The notes: generated by a model from the letters alone, not told the origin. A stretch of DNA of 64,000 nt from Eledone cirrhosa (GCA_964016885.1 CAXHJY010000447.1:1-64000), one strand, 5' to 3'. Shown: positions 24,620-39,200, counted from the stretch's first letter. Numbers and translations: made by a program.

Positions 24620-26912
24620 AGTTTTGTCTCAGGGAAGGGTCATAGGACTCCATAATCGAACTAAGGATCGTAAATGTCAGCGAAGCATTCAGTAAGCTGG
24701 GGAGAGGAGTCTGGTCAGACAGCAGATTCTTGATTGGCACTAATACAAGTGTCTACCAATCCTGTGTCCTGACTGCTTTCTAGTACTCTTCTGAGACTTG
24801 GACCACATACTCTCAAGACATTAGAAAAATTCTATCAAAAATCCCTAAGGCCTTGATTTCCAAGATCTTTTACACCTTCATGGTGATATTATCTGCATAA
24901 GCCAACACAGCCTTTCGACATGCAAGTGAGAGCAGGATTCCCTGCAACAGCTCCAGCTTCCACAGTAAAGGCTTGAGAGTCAATATGCATGGAAGGGAGG
25001 AGATAAGGCATCACTAAAATGGTTCCAAATGAAAGCCTTTAACTTTGACCACCGAGCAGATGCTGCTGTGCATTACAGTGATCCAACCTCTAAAGATGGG
25101 ACCAAAGCTAGCTGCCTTGAGAACAACCTCCATGTTTCGATGGTTGACCCTATCAAAAGCTTTCAATTGATCGAAATTGATCAGTGCACCAATGAAGCTA
25201 GGTTTACACCCACTCACTCTATGATGTATCACATGAGGCAGAGGTTGTCATGTATGGAGCTTGTCTGGATTGTGCAAGCTTGCACTTCTCCTACTAAATC
25301 CTCAAATACAAGCGCCAACCTCTTCACTTCAGCAGTGTTTGGGGCACTTTGAAGGTGTAGGTGCCCAAAATCTCCCCCTCTTTCTCAATGAGTTTAAGTT
25401 ACAAGAGCCATAAGAATTTTGTTGACCCTTCTTAGTAACATAAAGTTGGGTGTATCTGTTGCTGTTGGTGTCTGCAAGTGTTTTCTTTTGTGGTTGTGTC
25501 GGTGTTGTTGATGGTTGTGGTGTTGGTGTTGTTGTGGGTGTGCCTATGTTTTCTGTTGGTGTATATTTTGTGCTTGTTGGTGTGTGTGGAGGGGAATTTT
25601 TCTTTTGCTTTTATATGTTTTCTATTTTTTTGCTTTTTGGGGTTCCCCCTCATCTTCCCATGGTGATGTGGAGAAACTGGTGTCAGGGACTCTGTATCAG
25701 AGGGGAGTAGAAGTATGTTTGCAGGTGTGTGAATGTTGTTTTGTGTTTGAGTATGTTTGGAAGAGAGAGAGAGCTTGTTTGGATGACTCGCTGGGTGGTT
25801 TTAATGGTTCTTGTTGGTGTTGGTTCCTTTCCTGTTGATGCTGGGGTTGCCTTTTGTCCTGGTACCAGCGTTGGCTCTAACAGAGGGTTTTGGTCCCCAG
25901 AAGTTTTCAGTTCGGGGCCAAAGGATTGCAGGTGTGTGGCTTCAATACAAACGAAACAATGCCGCTGTATGCCCTTTGTGACTACCTGAATTTTATACCT
26001 GTCCGGTAGTTTTATATGGTCCAGGATATTTTTTAAGTCTTCGGATCTGATTTGGAGAAGAATCTCCAAAACGGAGACGGACCACCTTTCCCTCTTTGTA
26101 AACTTGATGTCGAGGATGGTGTCAGGCCCCCCTGCTGCCATGCATCCCAGGAGCCACAATCATTCCAGTCCCGGTGGAATCCTGGGAACATATGCCCTTA
26201 CTGTCCTTCTCCCCATGTAGGACAGGTATATTATTGTTTGGTCCATTTTGCAGGGGATCACAGAATGCTTCATAGCAAGGGCCTCAGTTTTAAAGAGCAC
26301 CAAGATGCTTTCAAATTTTTGGCCCTTCCTATATGATCTATATCATTATTGTTGATGCATTTCAGTGCCGCTTCAACCTGTCCTTCAGAGGCTGTCTTGG
26401 ATTTCACTGAAATGCATCTATATTTTAATGCTCTCCTTTCCTTTGCTGCCATTACTGCTGGCAGGATGTTTAAGTTAACCTAGGTATTTTCTCTTGTTAT
26501 AATTGTTTTTGCTTGGCACTAACGTTCGTTTGTCCTGTTAAGTTGATATTGTAAAGCATTTGACTTATTGCCACTGTGGCTGCGAAAGTACACCTGTTGT
26601 CACTGTTCATGTTGTCATTCTTTTTTGTTACTGTTTTGCTGCTTTTCGTTGTTGCTGATAGTGTTGTTGGTGAAGTTGTTTGTGTTGTCATTGTTCCTGC
26701 TGTTGATGGTGTTGTCATTTTTGTTCACGTTAGTGTTCTCACTACTGTTAGTGTAGTTGTTCTTGGTGCTTCTGTTGGTGATACTGCCTAATGTGGTGTT
26801 GGTGTTCATATTTGTTGTGGGAGAGGCAACATTATTTATCTCAACATTCAAGACACTTTCAAGTAACAGTTGACTGAACGTTGGGGGTCAGTGGAGCGTC
26901 GTGCTCCGTCCA
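24620..26912 (-). mobile_element. Decayed L1/Tx1-like LINE: ORF1 (T/N-rich N-terminus, CCHC-like knuckle) plus RT fragment; endonuclease region apparently deleted
   Basis: CFVCIEATHLQS knuckle relic; GALINFDQLKAFDRVNH..FGPIFRGWI, AYADNIT RT motifs. Confidence 0.75.
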
Positions 26913-26969
26913 TGTATTTTGAAAATGTTTTTATTAAAGCAAAGTTCGAATATTTAGGCCCAAGGTATG

Positions 26970-27300
26970 TGATAAAGAAAAAAAGTTGATAGATATGAGA
27001 GGTTAGCTTGAGTGATTAAACAGTTGTGGTTACTGAAAAAGGTGGTAGTAATACCAATAATAGTTGGAGTCTTGGGAACAGTGATTAGACATTTGAGAAG
27101 TATGTTAAACAAATAGGAATTTCAATATGGATGGAACTCTTACAAAAAGCATCATTACTTAGAACAGCTCGAAACTTCCAGAGGGTACTAAAGAAATAAG
27201 GAGTGTTACCTCAGTTCCCTGGTAGTGAACAGCTAACATTGTAATACATCTCCAGTGTTAAAAACTGAGCAAAGAAACAACAACAATAATAATAATAATA
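26970..27300 (+). mobile_element. R4/Dong-like LINE 3' end (REL endonuclease C-terminus) with (AAC)/(AAT)n tail
   Basis: Manual translation: K..DRYERLA*VIKQLW..VVVIPIIVGVLGTV..ELLQKASLLRTAR. Confidence 0.7.
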
Positions 27301-27682
27301 ATTGTTTCTACTTTTGGCACAAGGCCAGCAATTATCCCAGTGTATTACTGGTACTTTATTTTATCGACCCCGTAAGGATGAAAGGCAAAGTTAACCTTGG
27401 CGGGATTTGAACTCAGACCATAAAGGGCCGTAACTCTTTGCTGCAAAGCATGGCATCCGACCCTCTACCGATACTGCCAATCCCCCAATAATAATAATAA
27501 TTGTTTCTACTTTAGGCACAAGGCCAGTAATTACCCAGTACATTACTTGTACTTTATTTTATCGACCCCGTAAGGATGAAAAGCAAAGTTAACCTCAGCG
27601 GGATTTGAACTCAGATCATAAAGGGACGTAACTATGCTAGAAAGCATGGCGTCCGACCCTCTACCGATACTGCCAATCCCCC
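27301..27682 (-). mobile_element. Two tandem S1 SINEs separated by (AAT)n
   Basis: 27301-27485 and 27500-27682 are reverse complements of 1057-1241. Confidence 0.85.
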
Positions 27683-30459
27683 AATAATAATAATAATAAT
27701 AGTTACAATGTAATTCAATTAATTTACATTGAAAAATATTAGCTTTTAGATTTCTTGATACAAACTATTTTTTTTTAATATGTCATGTTGACATAACACT
27801 TTATGCTTGATTCTTTCATATTTTTATATTTTTTCATTATTATAATTATTATAATTATGTTTGTTATCTTCTAATCATCAATCTTTACTAAGAGAAGTTT
27901 CTCAGTGAATAATAGAATAATAACAGACCATACACATGATTCTCTTCACTTTCCCTTTTTGCTATTAAAACACTGTAATAGAATTATAAATATTAAGTTG
28001 AAAACACACCAGCTTTCTTTTGTTTTTGCATTTATTTTAATATATTGTTTTGTTTTTTATGCTTACTTTTAAAACTGATATGGATTTCAGCTTATCTTTA
28101 TTAAATTTACAAGGATTGATAAATAACGATGTCTTTCGTTCATTTCTGCCTTAAGTGCTAATGAAAGATTAAAAAGGTAGGGGCTCATGTCATACTCCCA
28201 CAACATATCACCTATCTGTCTTTCATTTTCCTTCACTGATTCTGCCTCTCCTTTTCACTTTCTCACTCTCACTCATTCAAGTTCTCTTTTTTTTTCACTC
28301 CATCCTGGAGACACACACACACATTTACACATAATTTTATCTACTCATTGCTTGCTTCGTTTATCTTTCTTATCAAGAAAGCTTAACCAGATCTTGACTG
28401 AAGGGCTTTACTCTGGGATCAATGAAATAATTGCTCTTTCTATAAACACGCAGTTGAAATTTTCACTATTGTTGATAATAGCAATAACAATAGCAACAAC
28501 AACAAAAATATAAAATAAACTCTCAATAATCATAAAATCCTGTTTTTATTCATTAACATGTTTTACAGTAGTTTACTGTTTTGTAGAAATGAGATGATGA
28601 TGATGATGATAATAATAATAATATTGTTACAAACCTGAAATCTTGAAAATAAATATATAAATCATAACTAAAACTATATACTGATAATGACAATAACATT
28701 TGTTATTGTATTAATTGACAGTTATTATCTTTATTGCTATTACTATCTTCTTTATATCTGTTATCAACATCGTTGTTATCATCATCACCATCACCTTCAT
28801 CATCATAATTATATCATTTAAGTTTACAACTTTTATGTTGTAGAAATTAGTTTCAGGTGTTATTTGTATGGCTTTATAATTATTCATCTTCTCTCTCTCT
28901 CTCACTGGTTTTAGCTCTATATCTCTTGTGGTTTAAGAAATGACTACAGATTATCCCAACCCATGCAAAAAAGTCAAATACAACCCTTTCATCATCATGT
29001 TTCTCCTGAAATACACTGCCTACGATTTCCATATAATTTTTTTTTTATATAACCATGTATTTGGAAGAATTTAGCAAAATATCTAACTTTGTCATTATTA
29101 TGTTTAGAGTAACAAAATGTCTTATAGAAAATTAATATGTAATGATTTTAGATAAATATAAAATATAAACCATTTAAAACAGTTTTGTATCATAAAAGCA
29201 GACCCAGTTTTATGCAGTTTTCAATAAAATAAGTTAAATAATTATTTTAAGTAATTTTATATTTAAATTACCCAACCTCATCCCCCACCTCACACACACT
29301 CCTTTTAACATTCTAACTTCAATATTTACATGCTTGCATCTGTTGAATGGCTTTATAAATTTAAATAGCCAGTTTATATCCAGTTTTGAATAGATACAAT
29401 ATATCCATCTATTTTGTAAAAGGCTACTGAACAGGTTGGAACCAGAAAGGATAATTTGCCATATAATATTGCCTTATAATAAAACATATAATGAGTATGA
29501 AGCTTGTCATGGTGTATCTAAGGCTAGCCACTACTTTAGTAGAAAAGATGGCATAAAAGCTTTATTTTAGTTTATAATAGAAATTATTGCAGTTTGAATT
29601 TTAACTATATATCTACACTGTAGATTTAGAATATCACAATTCTCTTTTAACTCTTTACCTAATTATATATTCTTTTGCAAATATTTATTAATATTTATAA
29701 AATAGGCATTGAAAAGATAATTTCAGAATTCTATTATTAAATGTGAGAGGAGACTAGCTCATTGAATTACAGCTGATGCCCATAGTCCTAATAATGCTGC
29801 TAATCATCAAGCATTGAAAATAGTGCCCCATGCTGTCATATCAATAGTGTAACTTGTAACTATCTACGAGGACCATTAACCACATTGATCTTACTGGACT
29901 TGAAAAGCCTGTGAGAGCCATGGATACAACCTCTTCTTTCAGACCAAACTAATACAAATATAAGATTCCTCAGTTGGCAATAATAAAAAGTTAGTGACAA
30001 TATTCTTTAAAAAAAAGGTAAATGAATATCCATCAGTTTCAATGATGTCAGTACTGTTCCATTTGGTCAATCAACAGAACAGTCTCCTTGTTAAACCAAT
30101 ATACAAGTGGTTAAGTGTTTCACAGAAACATGTATCCTAAATGTAAATCTCAGGGTGATTCAGCATGACACAGTAGGTGACAGTGCTAGCCTTTTGCATT
30201 ACAATCACACTCCATTCAACTGACTTCGAGTTTCTGTCAACTAAATTTTACCCAAAAGTTTCACTCAAGGCTAGAGTAAATGTCACTTGCCCAAAATACT
30301 ATGCAATGGGATTGAACACAGGTTCTTATGATTGTGAAGCAAACTTCTTAACCATTTTGCCATGTTACATCCACACATATATTCTGTAAATTGTATAAGA
30401 ATAGGTATAAATCTATATTTAGCATGAATTATAATTGATTTTCTCACAAGAAAGCCTCA

Positions 30460-30625
30460 TTTTATTTCCATTGTTTCATGCATGCATGGTTGGACGGGTC
30501 CTTCTCAGTACAGCATCTCTCCACTTTTCATGTTCCTTTGTAATATCCTCCATGAGCTTTAGCAATATAAAACCAGCACTTATCACTTCTATCCAGGTCT
30601 TTCTTGGTCTTCCTCTACTGCAGCT
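30460..30625 (-). mobile_element. Old RTE 3' end fragment
   Basis: Minus strand RGRPRKTWIEVI and cccgtccaaccatgcatgcatgaaa tail motif. Confidence 0.6.
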
Positions 30626-31538
30626 TCTTTCACTGGAATATCAAATGTACTTAGTAAGAACCAATATCTTAAAGGTTCCTTTTAAATTGGCGTAACTAAC
30701 AATATGAAAAGTCTTCGCCTTATGACCAATGACTACTGACATATATTACTAGAGACAATAAATAAGACATGCATAACATAGCCAAGCTAATTTCTGTTAT
30801 GAGAGAGATAAGAATTGTATCATGTCAAGGGTACTTGTCGTTTTTGTAATCCTAAATTAAACAGATCTCCTGCTTGATATTCGTACCATATAACCCTGTA
30901 CAGCCTGCTTCATGGACAAGTGGTTTATGACTAAACTGGCTCCTTGACCATACGAAAGTCTGGTGAGGAGGGTAGGTGGAACCATGGAAGCACAAAAAGC
31001 AAGAGTTGTTATAAGAGCAAATAAACGCTTCAGACTCAACGACCATCCACCCCAACGATGAGTTAAATAAGCTCACCAACCTGAAATTGGCTAAACATGG
31101 TGATTATGGCTATACTTCTGACATAAACAAAACCAAACAGAAAGCAGTGGAAGTCAACCAGTGGGGGATTACTCCAATGAAAGTGAGAAAGCTCTTGATT
31201 TGATTGGATGGTCAAAAGCATTTCAGCCATGTCCATTTTGCCCTTAATTGTATCTGGGACTACATTGTATAATATATATTTATTTATTATAAGATGAAAG
31301 AATGCCATTTAAAGGGATTTTGCTGATATTTCTAGCAGGTTGAATGACAGCATAAGTTACAGTTGCAGGGCAAATGTTACTTGGAATTGCATCTTTCATT
31401 GATGATAAATGCTGTCACTGCTGCAAGCACAAAGTGTTAGCTAAATTCTCACAAAAGAAACAAAATATATATGTATGACATATGTCTAAATGTCTAACTC
31501 TAAGTATCAGGGAAAATAGACTTTAAATTATGTCAATG

Positions 31539-31600
<62 letters not shown>

Positions 31601-31616
31601 ATATGTGTATGTATAT

Positions 31617-31688
<72 letters not shown>

Positions 31689-31689
<1 letters not shown>

Positions 31690-31803
31690 ATTGTTTCTAC
31701 ATTTGGCACCAGGCCAGCAATTACCCAGTGACTTACTGGTACTTTATTTTATCGACCCCGTAAGGATGGAAGGCAAAGTTAACCTCGGCGGGATTTGAAC
31801 TCA
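31689..31803 (-). mobile_element. Truncated S1 SINE
   Basis: Matches 27301-27415. Confidence 0.75.
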
Positions 31804-33116
31804 TGACACATATATATATATAATGCTTGTGTTTAATCTTTCTTTGAAGAAGGTTTCTTTTAATTCTTGATATCTATATAGATTATATTCATTCAGATTT
31901 ATGAGCATGTGGACATCAATGTGACAGAGGTTAGAATGCGATTAATTTTGAGCACAACAGCATTGCTTTCATTGTCAAGCCTAAAGATCTCTCTATAAAT
32001 ATTTGAACACAAAAATATTTTTAAAGCAAGACTAGATATATATTTAGTCAACTCATTTGACTAATACATATATCAGTTCTGTGGGTGCTGTTTACTTATT
32101 GGTGAATCTAAACCAGTGATTAATTGAATTATTAATATCTATATACATTTTATTTAAACTGATTAAAGAGTCAGTCACCATGGTGAAATTGAATTATGAT
32201 ACTTTATGTGCGTAAGGATTATCTAGAGTTTCAACCTACATAAAACTAGCTTGGCTGAAACTGGTATGGATCAGGGATAAATTTCTACACATTTTAAAGT
32301 ATTCATATTCAAACCCAAAAATCTTATCAACATTTTATATAAAGAGATTTTAGGGAGTATATCACATGAGTTATATGATCACAAAAGGGTTAAAACTAAA
32401 ACTTCTTCAGTTTTAACCATTTAAATCCTACATAGATATTATCTTACATAGAATTGCTACATTTGTATATAATATTTAAAAAGAATGTTTCTGGGAGTCT
32501 GCATGAAATCTCATCAACTACTATACATGGCAGCTAAATCTGCCTTAAATCACATTCTGCAACTTAAAATAAGGAGGCATTTGATAAGATTGAATGTTTA
32601 TGATCATAGGACAATTTGTTCAGGGCTGATCTATGGCTAAACATCATCAAAAAGAAGGTCAAAGCAACAGTAAAATGGCAATTAGCAAAACAAATTTAAT
32701 CAGAGGTTATAAGAATGTGACAAGTTGCAGTATTGGGTGGAAATTATTAATGAAGCAATGACACAGATTTGAGATCTTTGGCGTTATGCAGTAATACAGA
32801 AGACCCACCTTCCCATGCACACAGATTAAAATATATATCTATTATGCACAACTTAACAACTTTCCTCCCTCCCCTTCCATACAACACCCACATCCTAACA
32901 CCCCCACACATATCTGATCACACCATCCTTTACCCATACCTTTACACCCCTGCACCAGTCCCCCAGTTCACACTGTAAAGTGGTCATGTAGGTGTCACGA
33001 CAAGAAGCACCCAACCCACATGGTGTGGCACATTGGGAAAGTGACTTCTTCTATAATCTTGGGTTAACCAATACCTTGTGAGTTAATTTGATAGATAGAA
33101 ACCCATATATATATAT

Positions 33117-33405
33117 CATCATCATCATCATTGTCGTTTAACGTCTATCTTCTACGCTAGCATGGGTTTAGATGGAAGTTGTCCCATGTGACACAAGATT
33201 GGTGGTCTTGCTCGTATAGGACTGTCTGGCGGGTTTTCTATGGCTGGATGCTCTTCCTAACACCAACCACGCTTACAGTGTGGACTGAGAGGTTTTTACC
33301 GTGTTACCTACACGGCCACATTACAGCGTGGACTGTGTGTTTTTTTGTTGTGACACCTACACGACTTCATTTATTTCAGACTGGATGTTGTGGCACCGAC
33401 ATAAC
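33117..33405 (-). mobile_element. RTE 3'UTR fragment in (TA)n
   Basis: Matches 3523-3822. Confidence 0.85.
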
Positions 33406-33504
<99 letters not shown>

Positions 33505-34976
33505 CGGTGGGTTTCTATCTATCAAATTAACTCACAAGGCATTGGTTAACCCAAGATTATAGAAGTCACTTTCCCAAGGTGCCACACAGTTGAACTGAAT
33601 CCTAAGTCAAAAGGTTGTGAAACCAACTTTTTAAACACATTGCCATACCAGCACTTAAGTAGTGAAGATTTTGAATTGATAACGATGATAGTGTTGATGA
33701 TAATTATGATGATAGTACGATGTTGAAGTAGCAACAGTAATGATGATGACAGTCGTGGTGGTTGAGGAGTTGGCAGTAGCAGTGGTGATAGTGGTGGTGG
33801 TAATGGTGATGATAAGGCTAAGGGGTGTAATATGTAAATGGTGACAATGTTTGTCCTTTCCTCTTACTGGAACTGAAAAATATTTATATAATTTATCATG
33901 AATAATATATGTCCAAATATTTCTCAATTAAGACCTAATCTCTCCCAAAGGACATTTCTTTTGCAGAACTATTTTGAACAAACAGCAAACAAAAATCAGC
34001 AACAACAAGAACAATAACAATAACTATAACGTTGAAAATGTTTCTCAAAAGAAAATTTATCAATCAATTTCATGTGCTGCAGAATTTTTAGACCAGAAAA
34101 ATGACCTTACTTTAAAATAAAACAATAATTATTGTTGCTACGGTCACTATGACTACCGCCACCACCACTACCATCATCATCATTATCATCATAATTATCA
34201 CCATCACCACCACCACCATCATCCTCATCATCATTATCATCATTTTATGCTTGCTTTCGATGCTGACATGGATTTAGATAGTCTGGGACTAGGCTGGTCG
34301 AAGAAACCTGTTTTGTTCATATTTCTGGCATAGTTTATAAGGCTGAATGCCTTTTCTAATATCAAGCAGTTTACAGAGTGTACTGGGTGCATATCATGGT
34401 ACCAACCCTATTGCTTTGCAGAGTGTATGAGGTACATTTCATCATGACGCCAAAACTGTCACTTTATTGCAAACAGCAAAACTACCACTTTATGTTATAC
34501 ACATTCATATGTTAGTTAATTTTCAGTGTTGCATTTTATCACTGTAATCAACAAGCTATGTTGCCGTCAGGCACTCCATGTTAGTTTTACTCATCTAAAT
34601 AAGATATGGTATTGCTAAGACCGGTATCCAGCAGAGTATTGGTATGTTAGTAAATATGAAAACATGGTTCTACATTTCCATACATCAATTTGTTAAATAA
34701 CCTATTTAATAAATTAATTCTGTCTTTTGTTGAATCAACAAGTCTGACGAGTGGATCGATGCTAGAGTCAGGTCCATAGCTTCCATAGGTGACTGTGAGC
34801 TATTCATCTGTGAAACGTTCATAACAGGTTCATAATCAATAAAATCATGTAAATGAAACTTCAGTGTTTTATCCTATTATATAAATATATATATATACTT
34901 TTTGATCCTTGCTGAACCCTCAGTTGTTGTTTGGTATGAGGGAATACACCACACCATATCATCCTCGTTTAACGTC

Positions 34977-35033
<57 letters not shown>

Positions 35034-35034
<1 letters not shown>

Positions 35035-35233
35035 AACAAGTAGGACCCCGACGGCTGAGCTCAAGCCATTTCGATGGCTAATTCTGGACTCTGAGTCCAG
35101 AATTAGCCGTCGAAACGGCTTGAGCTCAGTCGTCGGGGTCCTACTCGTTCCTATTACCCTCTCTACTACCCTAAGTATTGAGTACTTTGGTGCGTTATGG
35201 TCCACCTGGTTCCTTACCACATTTCCTTCGTTA
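35034..35233 (+). mobile_element. Fold-back element family E, second copy
   Basis: Hairpin 35034-35150, tail homologous to 20217-20300. Confidence 0.7.
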
Positions 35234-35369
35234 TATATATATATATATATATATAATAAAGAATTCATATCTAGTAACATATATATACATACAGATGCAT
35301 ATCAATGCTAGCAAATATATAGGTTTTGTCTTAATAACAGTGTGGTTCAATGCATGGTGTTGTAGAACA

Positions 35370-35683
35370 ATAATATAAGAGACGTAAAATAAGAAAATTA
35401 TAAAATTAACTTACTTACTAAAATATCACTTCCAACTAATTAGTTTCTGAAATGGAGTAAATATATTTTCCGAAGAATAATATAGAGAAGCATTCCGTCG
35501 TCTGGAAAGTCTATCCTCATGTAAGTTTCCAGGCAAAGGGGGTAGAATAGACTTTCCTGACGACGGAATGCTTCTCTATATTATTCTTTGGAAAATATAT
35601 TTACTCCATTCCAGAAACTAATTAGTTGGAAGTGATATTTTAGTAAGTAAGTTAATTTTATAATTTTCTTATTTTACGTCTCT

Positions 35684-35690
<7 letters not shown>
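35370..35690. mobile_element. Near-perfect fold-back (arms ~145 bp, spacer ~32 bp) containing a hammerhead
   Basis: ataatataagagacgtaaaataagaaaatt... mirrored to ...aattttcttattttacgtctcttatattat, ending in (TA)n. Confidence 0.85.
35551..35633 (+). ncRNA. Type I hammerhead with long stem II loop
   Basis: actttc-CTGACGA-cggaatg[36 nt]cattcca-GAAAC-taatta-GTT-ggaagt; palindromic AACTAATTAGTT. Confidence 0.65.
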
Positions 35691-35772
<82 letters not shown>

Positions 35773-35819
35773 GCAAGTAAATATTAAGAGGAATATAAGG
35801 AAAAAAAACCAGTAAGTGA

Positions 35820-36201
35820 ACATAATTAATGGGACTTTTTCTACTTGTACAGTTTGTGACAAAATCTCCCTGGACTTCAATCACACATGAGAGCACACAA
35901 AAGTACACTTCCTACTGACTTCAGAACATGACAACCAGTTCACACTTATCAATGCCATATATGTCACAAAAAAATGCAAATTTAAAGGAGGTCTAAAGAG
36001 ACATTTCAATGTTCATCAAGATCAAACAACTCAGACAGTTGAAGCAATACCAAAACTAAAGTGCAATTTATGCAGACAACATTTTAAAAGTATGTCTGGT
36101 CTAAAAAGCCACATGGATTATCATGCCAGAACTGAGCTCCTTGTACATTGATGTGGTCAAGCTTTGTATTGAGCAGGCAACTGTCAGAGAGAGAGAGAGA
36201 G
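35820..36201 (+). mobile_element. LINE 3' end (probably RTE clade) encoding three decayed C2H2 zinc fingers, (GA)n tail
   Basis: Manual translation: CTVCDK..GLQSHMRAH; YQCHICHK/KCKFKGGLKRHFNVH; KCNLCRQHFKSMSGLKSHMDYH. Confidence 0.6.
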
Positions 36202-39200
36202 ATGTACATGTGTTCCTGACTAACCTTTTTTCACTGTTTGTATATGCTCTGTAACTCAGCAGTTTGACAAAGAGATGTCAATAAAATAAGTACAGTGGTT
36301 AACATGATCAACTAAATTCCTATAATGGCTGTTGTTTAATGACATAATCAAGTAAAAGAAAAACTCTACTCAGATATTGCTGCCGTTGTTTAACAATAAG
36401 TCAGCGAAAATTGAGCAAACTAATGATAAAAGTTATTTCAACCTTGACCATCACATCTTTTCAGACATCTTATTTCAGGTTAAATAATCCACTATGTCTT
36501 ATCATTCTTTTACAGGAAGGAACGAATGTAGAGTGTTATTTGAGAGAGATTTGCCTGTTATTTCTAACAGGTTGAACAGTCACATAGAGGCTCCCATATT
36601 GGTCCAATCTACTGAGATATATTTCTATAATACATTTATATAGTTGTTACTCACTTGAAGTTGTGATGCAATTTACCATATAATTTATAGAGTAAAAAAC
36701 AAATATTGAGCACTGTGCATATGACCAAGCTATAAGGTAAATTTCACATTATAACAGTTTATACATCAAAGATAAAAAGCATAAATAAGCAATGTAATGC
36801 TATTTCCCATTTTGAGAAAATAGAAAAACAAAAATCTTGTCTGGGTGATTAAATTTGGAGAAAATTAGATTGACATCATATGTCTTTCATCGCATTTCAA
36901 GAGATTTCTAAAACTTAATATTATAACATGATTCCGAGAAAATAATGCTGCAATAATTGCATTCTGAAATTGGTTACCACACAAAGGAATATTGTAGAAT
37001 AGACAAGTTAGTTCCAGTCATACTGATTTTGCAACACAGTTTCATTACCTAGATGTAGGAATTTCATTTTATCTAAATGGTTAATGCACTTAGAAAAGGT
37101 ATAATCATCATAACTTTATAAGCTATCTCTATGAATCTGAGGCTCTGTTGCTATGAAAACAAAACACTTTGTGTACTCTGGATTGTTGAGGAAATGTCTC
37201 ATTTTTAGTATTTTTGTAAACCAAATATTTCATGATAGTAAGGCTCAAGATTGGTCCCATCGACATTCAGGAATTTAAGAAGAAATTTTATCTAGATAGA
37301 TATGGACAGAGGTTTGGCTCCGTTGTTAAAAAGTGTTTAACAACCACATAGACCTGGGTGTGATCCTACTGCTTATTATCTTGGGTAAATATATTCTATA
37401 GTAGAAGCTGATAGATAGAAACTGTGAAGGAGCCCATCTTTTATATGTACTATGTATTAGATATGTGTATGCCAGTGAGGGATGTAAACGACAGTGAGCA
37501 ATAAACAACAAAAAAAACAGGTTCATTTTAGATGAAGATTTTTGTTTTGCATCTGGTATTTCTTCATTGTCATAAATGCACTGATCTAATCAATGATTGT
37601 TCAGTGGAAACATGTAATTAGAATTGGTAACAGCTGCATCGTTGGTTACAGGGTAGTAGTAGGGCCATATTAACCCATGGTTGAATCCCTAGGCTTTTAC
37701 ACATTTCCAGTACTCTCTAGCATTTCAATCTTTCCTCCTACTACAGCAAAAAAAAAAAGAAGACATTGAAAAGCCCCTAGGTTTCAAACTAATCAACATT
37801 ATAAATAATAGTCCTGGTGAGTTGTCTATTACAAGTAACATTTTGTCAGAAATTCTGGTACATATTTATGACAGCAAGGATACTAAATCACATTGAATAA
37901 AGTGTTTTATATTTTTGCCTTTATTCTTTTTGAACAAAAAGCTCCAGTATTTCTTCATTTGTATTCCTCACTTGCTTTCAAATCTATTCTCAACATTGTT
38001 TTAAGTAATCTATGTGTGTATCTGGTTTTGTATAGATACGTCACATTCTTGTGTGTCACAAGAGGTGATGTTTGGTGTTAGTAAGGCTATCTGCTTGTAA
38101 AACGTTGTTTTCAAAATTACCTTATGAGTAGTATGAAGTCAATCAAAGGGCAACCATGAAGTCAATCGAAGTCACGTTTGCATTTCATCTATTTGAGGTC
38201 AATACAAAAGTATCAATCTAATACTGGGGTTGATTCTTCCTCTATGTTGCTTTCTCACTTCCATTCTCTTACTCTTTATCCTTCTTTGGATGAAATCTGT
38301 TGTACATATTCAGACTTTGAGAGAAGATGGTCTCCACCATGTTTAAAATGCCATAGAAACCTATGACTCCCTAAGGGCTATGCATGCATGCACATAATCA
38401 ACTGTGAGTTGTTAATATTTAACATTCAGCTAATACTGACATTGGCACAGTACTACACATTTTATTGAGAAGAATATTGTTGATTAACTCAAATGCATTA
38501 TTTGAAAGGACATCAGAAAGACAAAAAGTATAGTTAACTTCTGTGAAATTTGAACTCAGAATGTAAAGAGAATTAACATTGGTTTCTAATATTGTTCTTC
38601 AATAAGAGGTGCCATAAGAGGTAATTCCCGAGGCACTAATTCTGTAAATGTCATTTTCATTTCTCACCTATGGTACATTATTTCACTTGTGTTGTTAATT
38701 GTCTTCAGATGTCATGTATATCATAATCCGGTCATATTTCTCTTTTGATACCAATCAAAAATATTTGCTAATAAACACTGTTCTATTATAGAAAACTGTT
38801 TTTTCAATTGCACATACAGAATTCCAAGCGATAATATTTGTTAATTGCCTCATAGACCTTTCAACTTCCCTTAAACTATAAACACTGAAATAGATTTTAT
38901 GCCTGTTGGTTTACAAACAAGACATTACAATACATGTAAACCTTTTCAAACTATTCCTTTGATATCAATCTGAAACAAGAAATCAATACTAATTACTGCA
39001 TGAGAGCTTATTGAAAATGTTATTGGTTACAGCATGGATTCTAAACCATTTAATAAATAAAACATAATGTAACTGTGGGAAGGAAGATATTTAATGAGTC
39101 TATAGGGAAATTAATAATTGTTGTTTTTTGGATATATTGTGATGGGAAACAAATAATTAATTAAACGCTTATAGCTAGTTGCTGTATATTAGTGAAGTAT

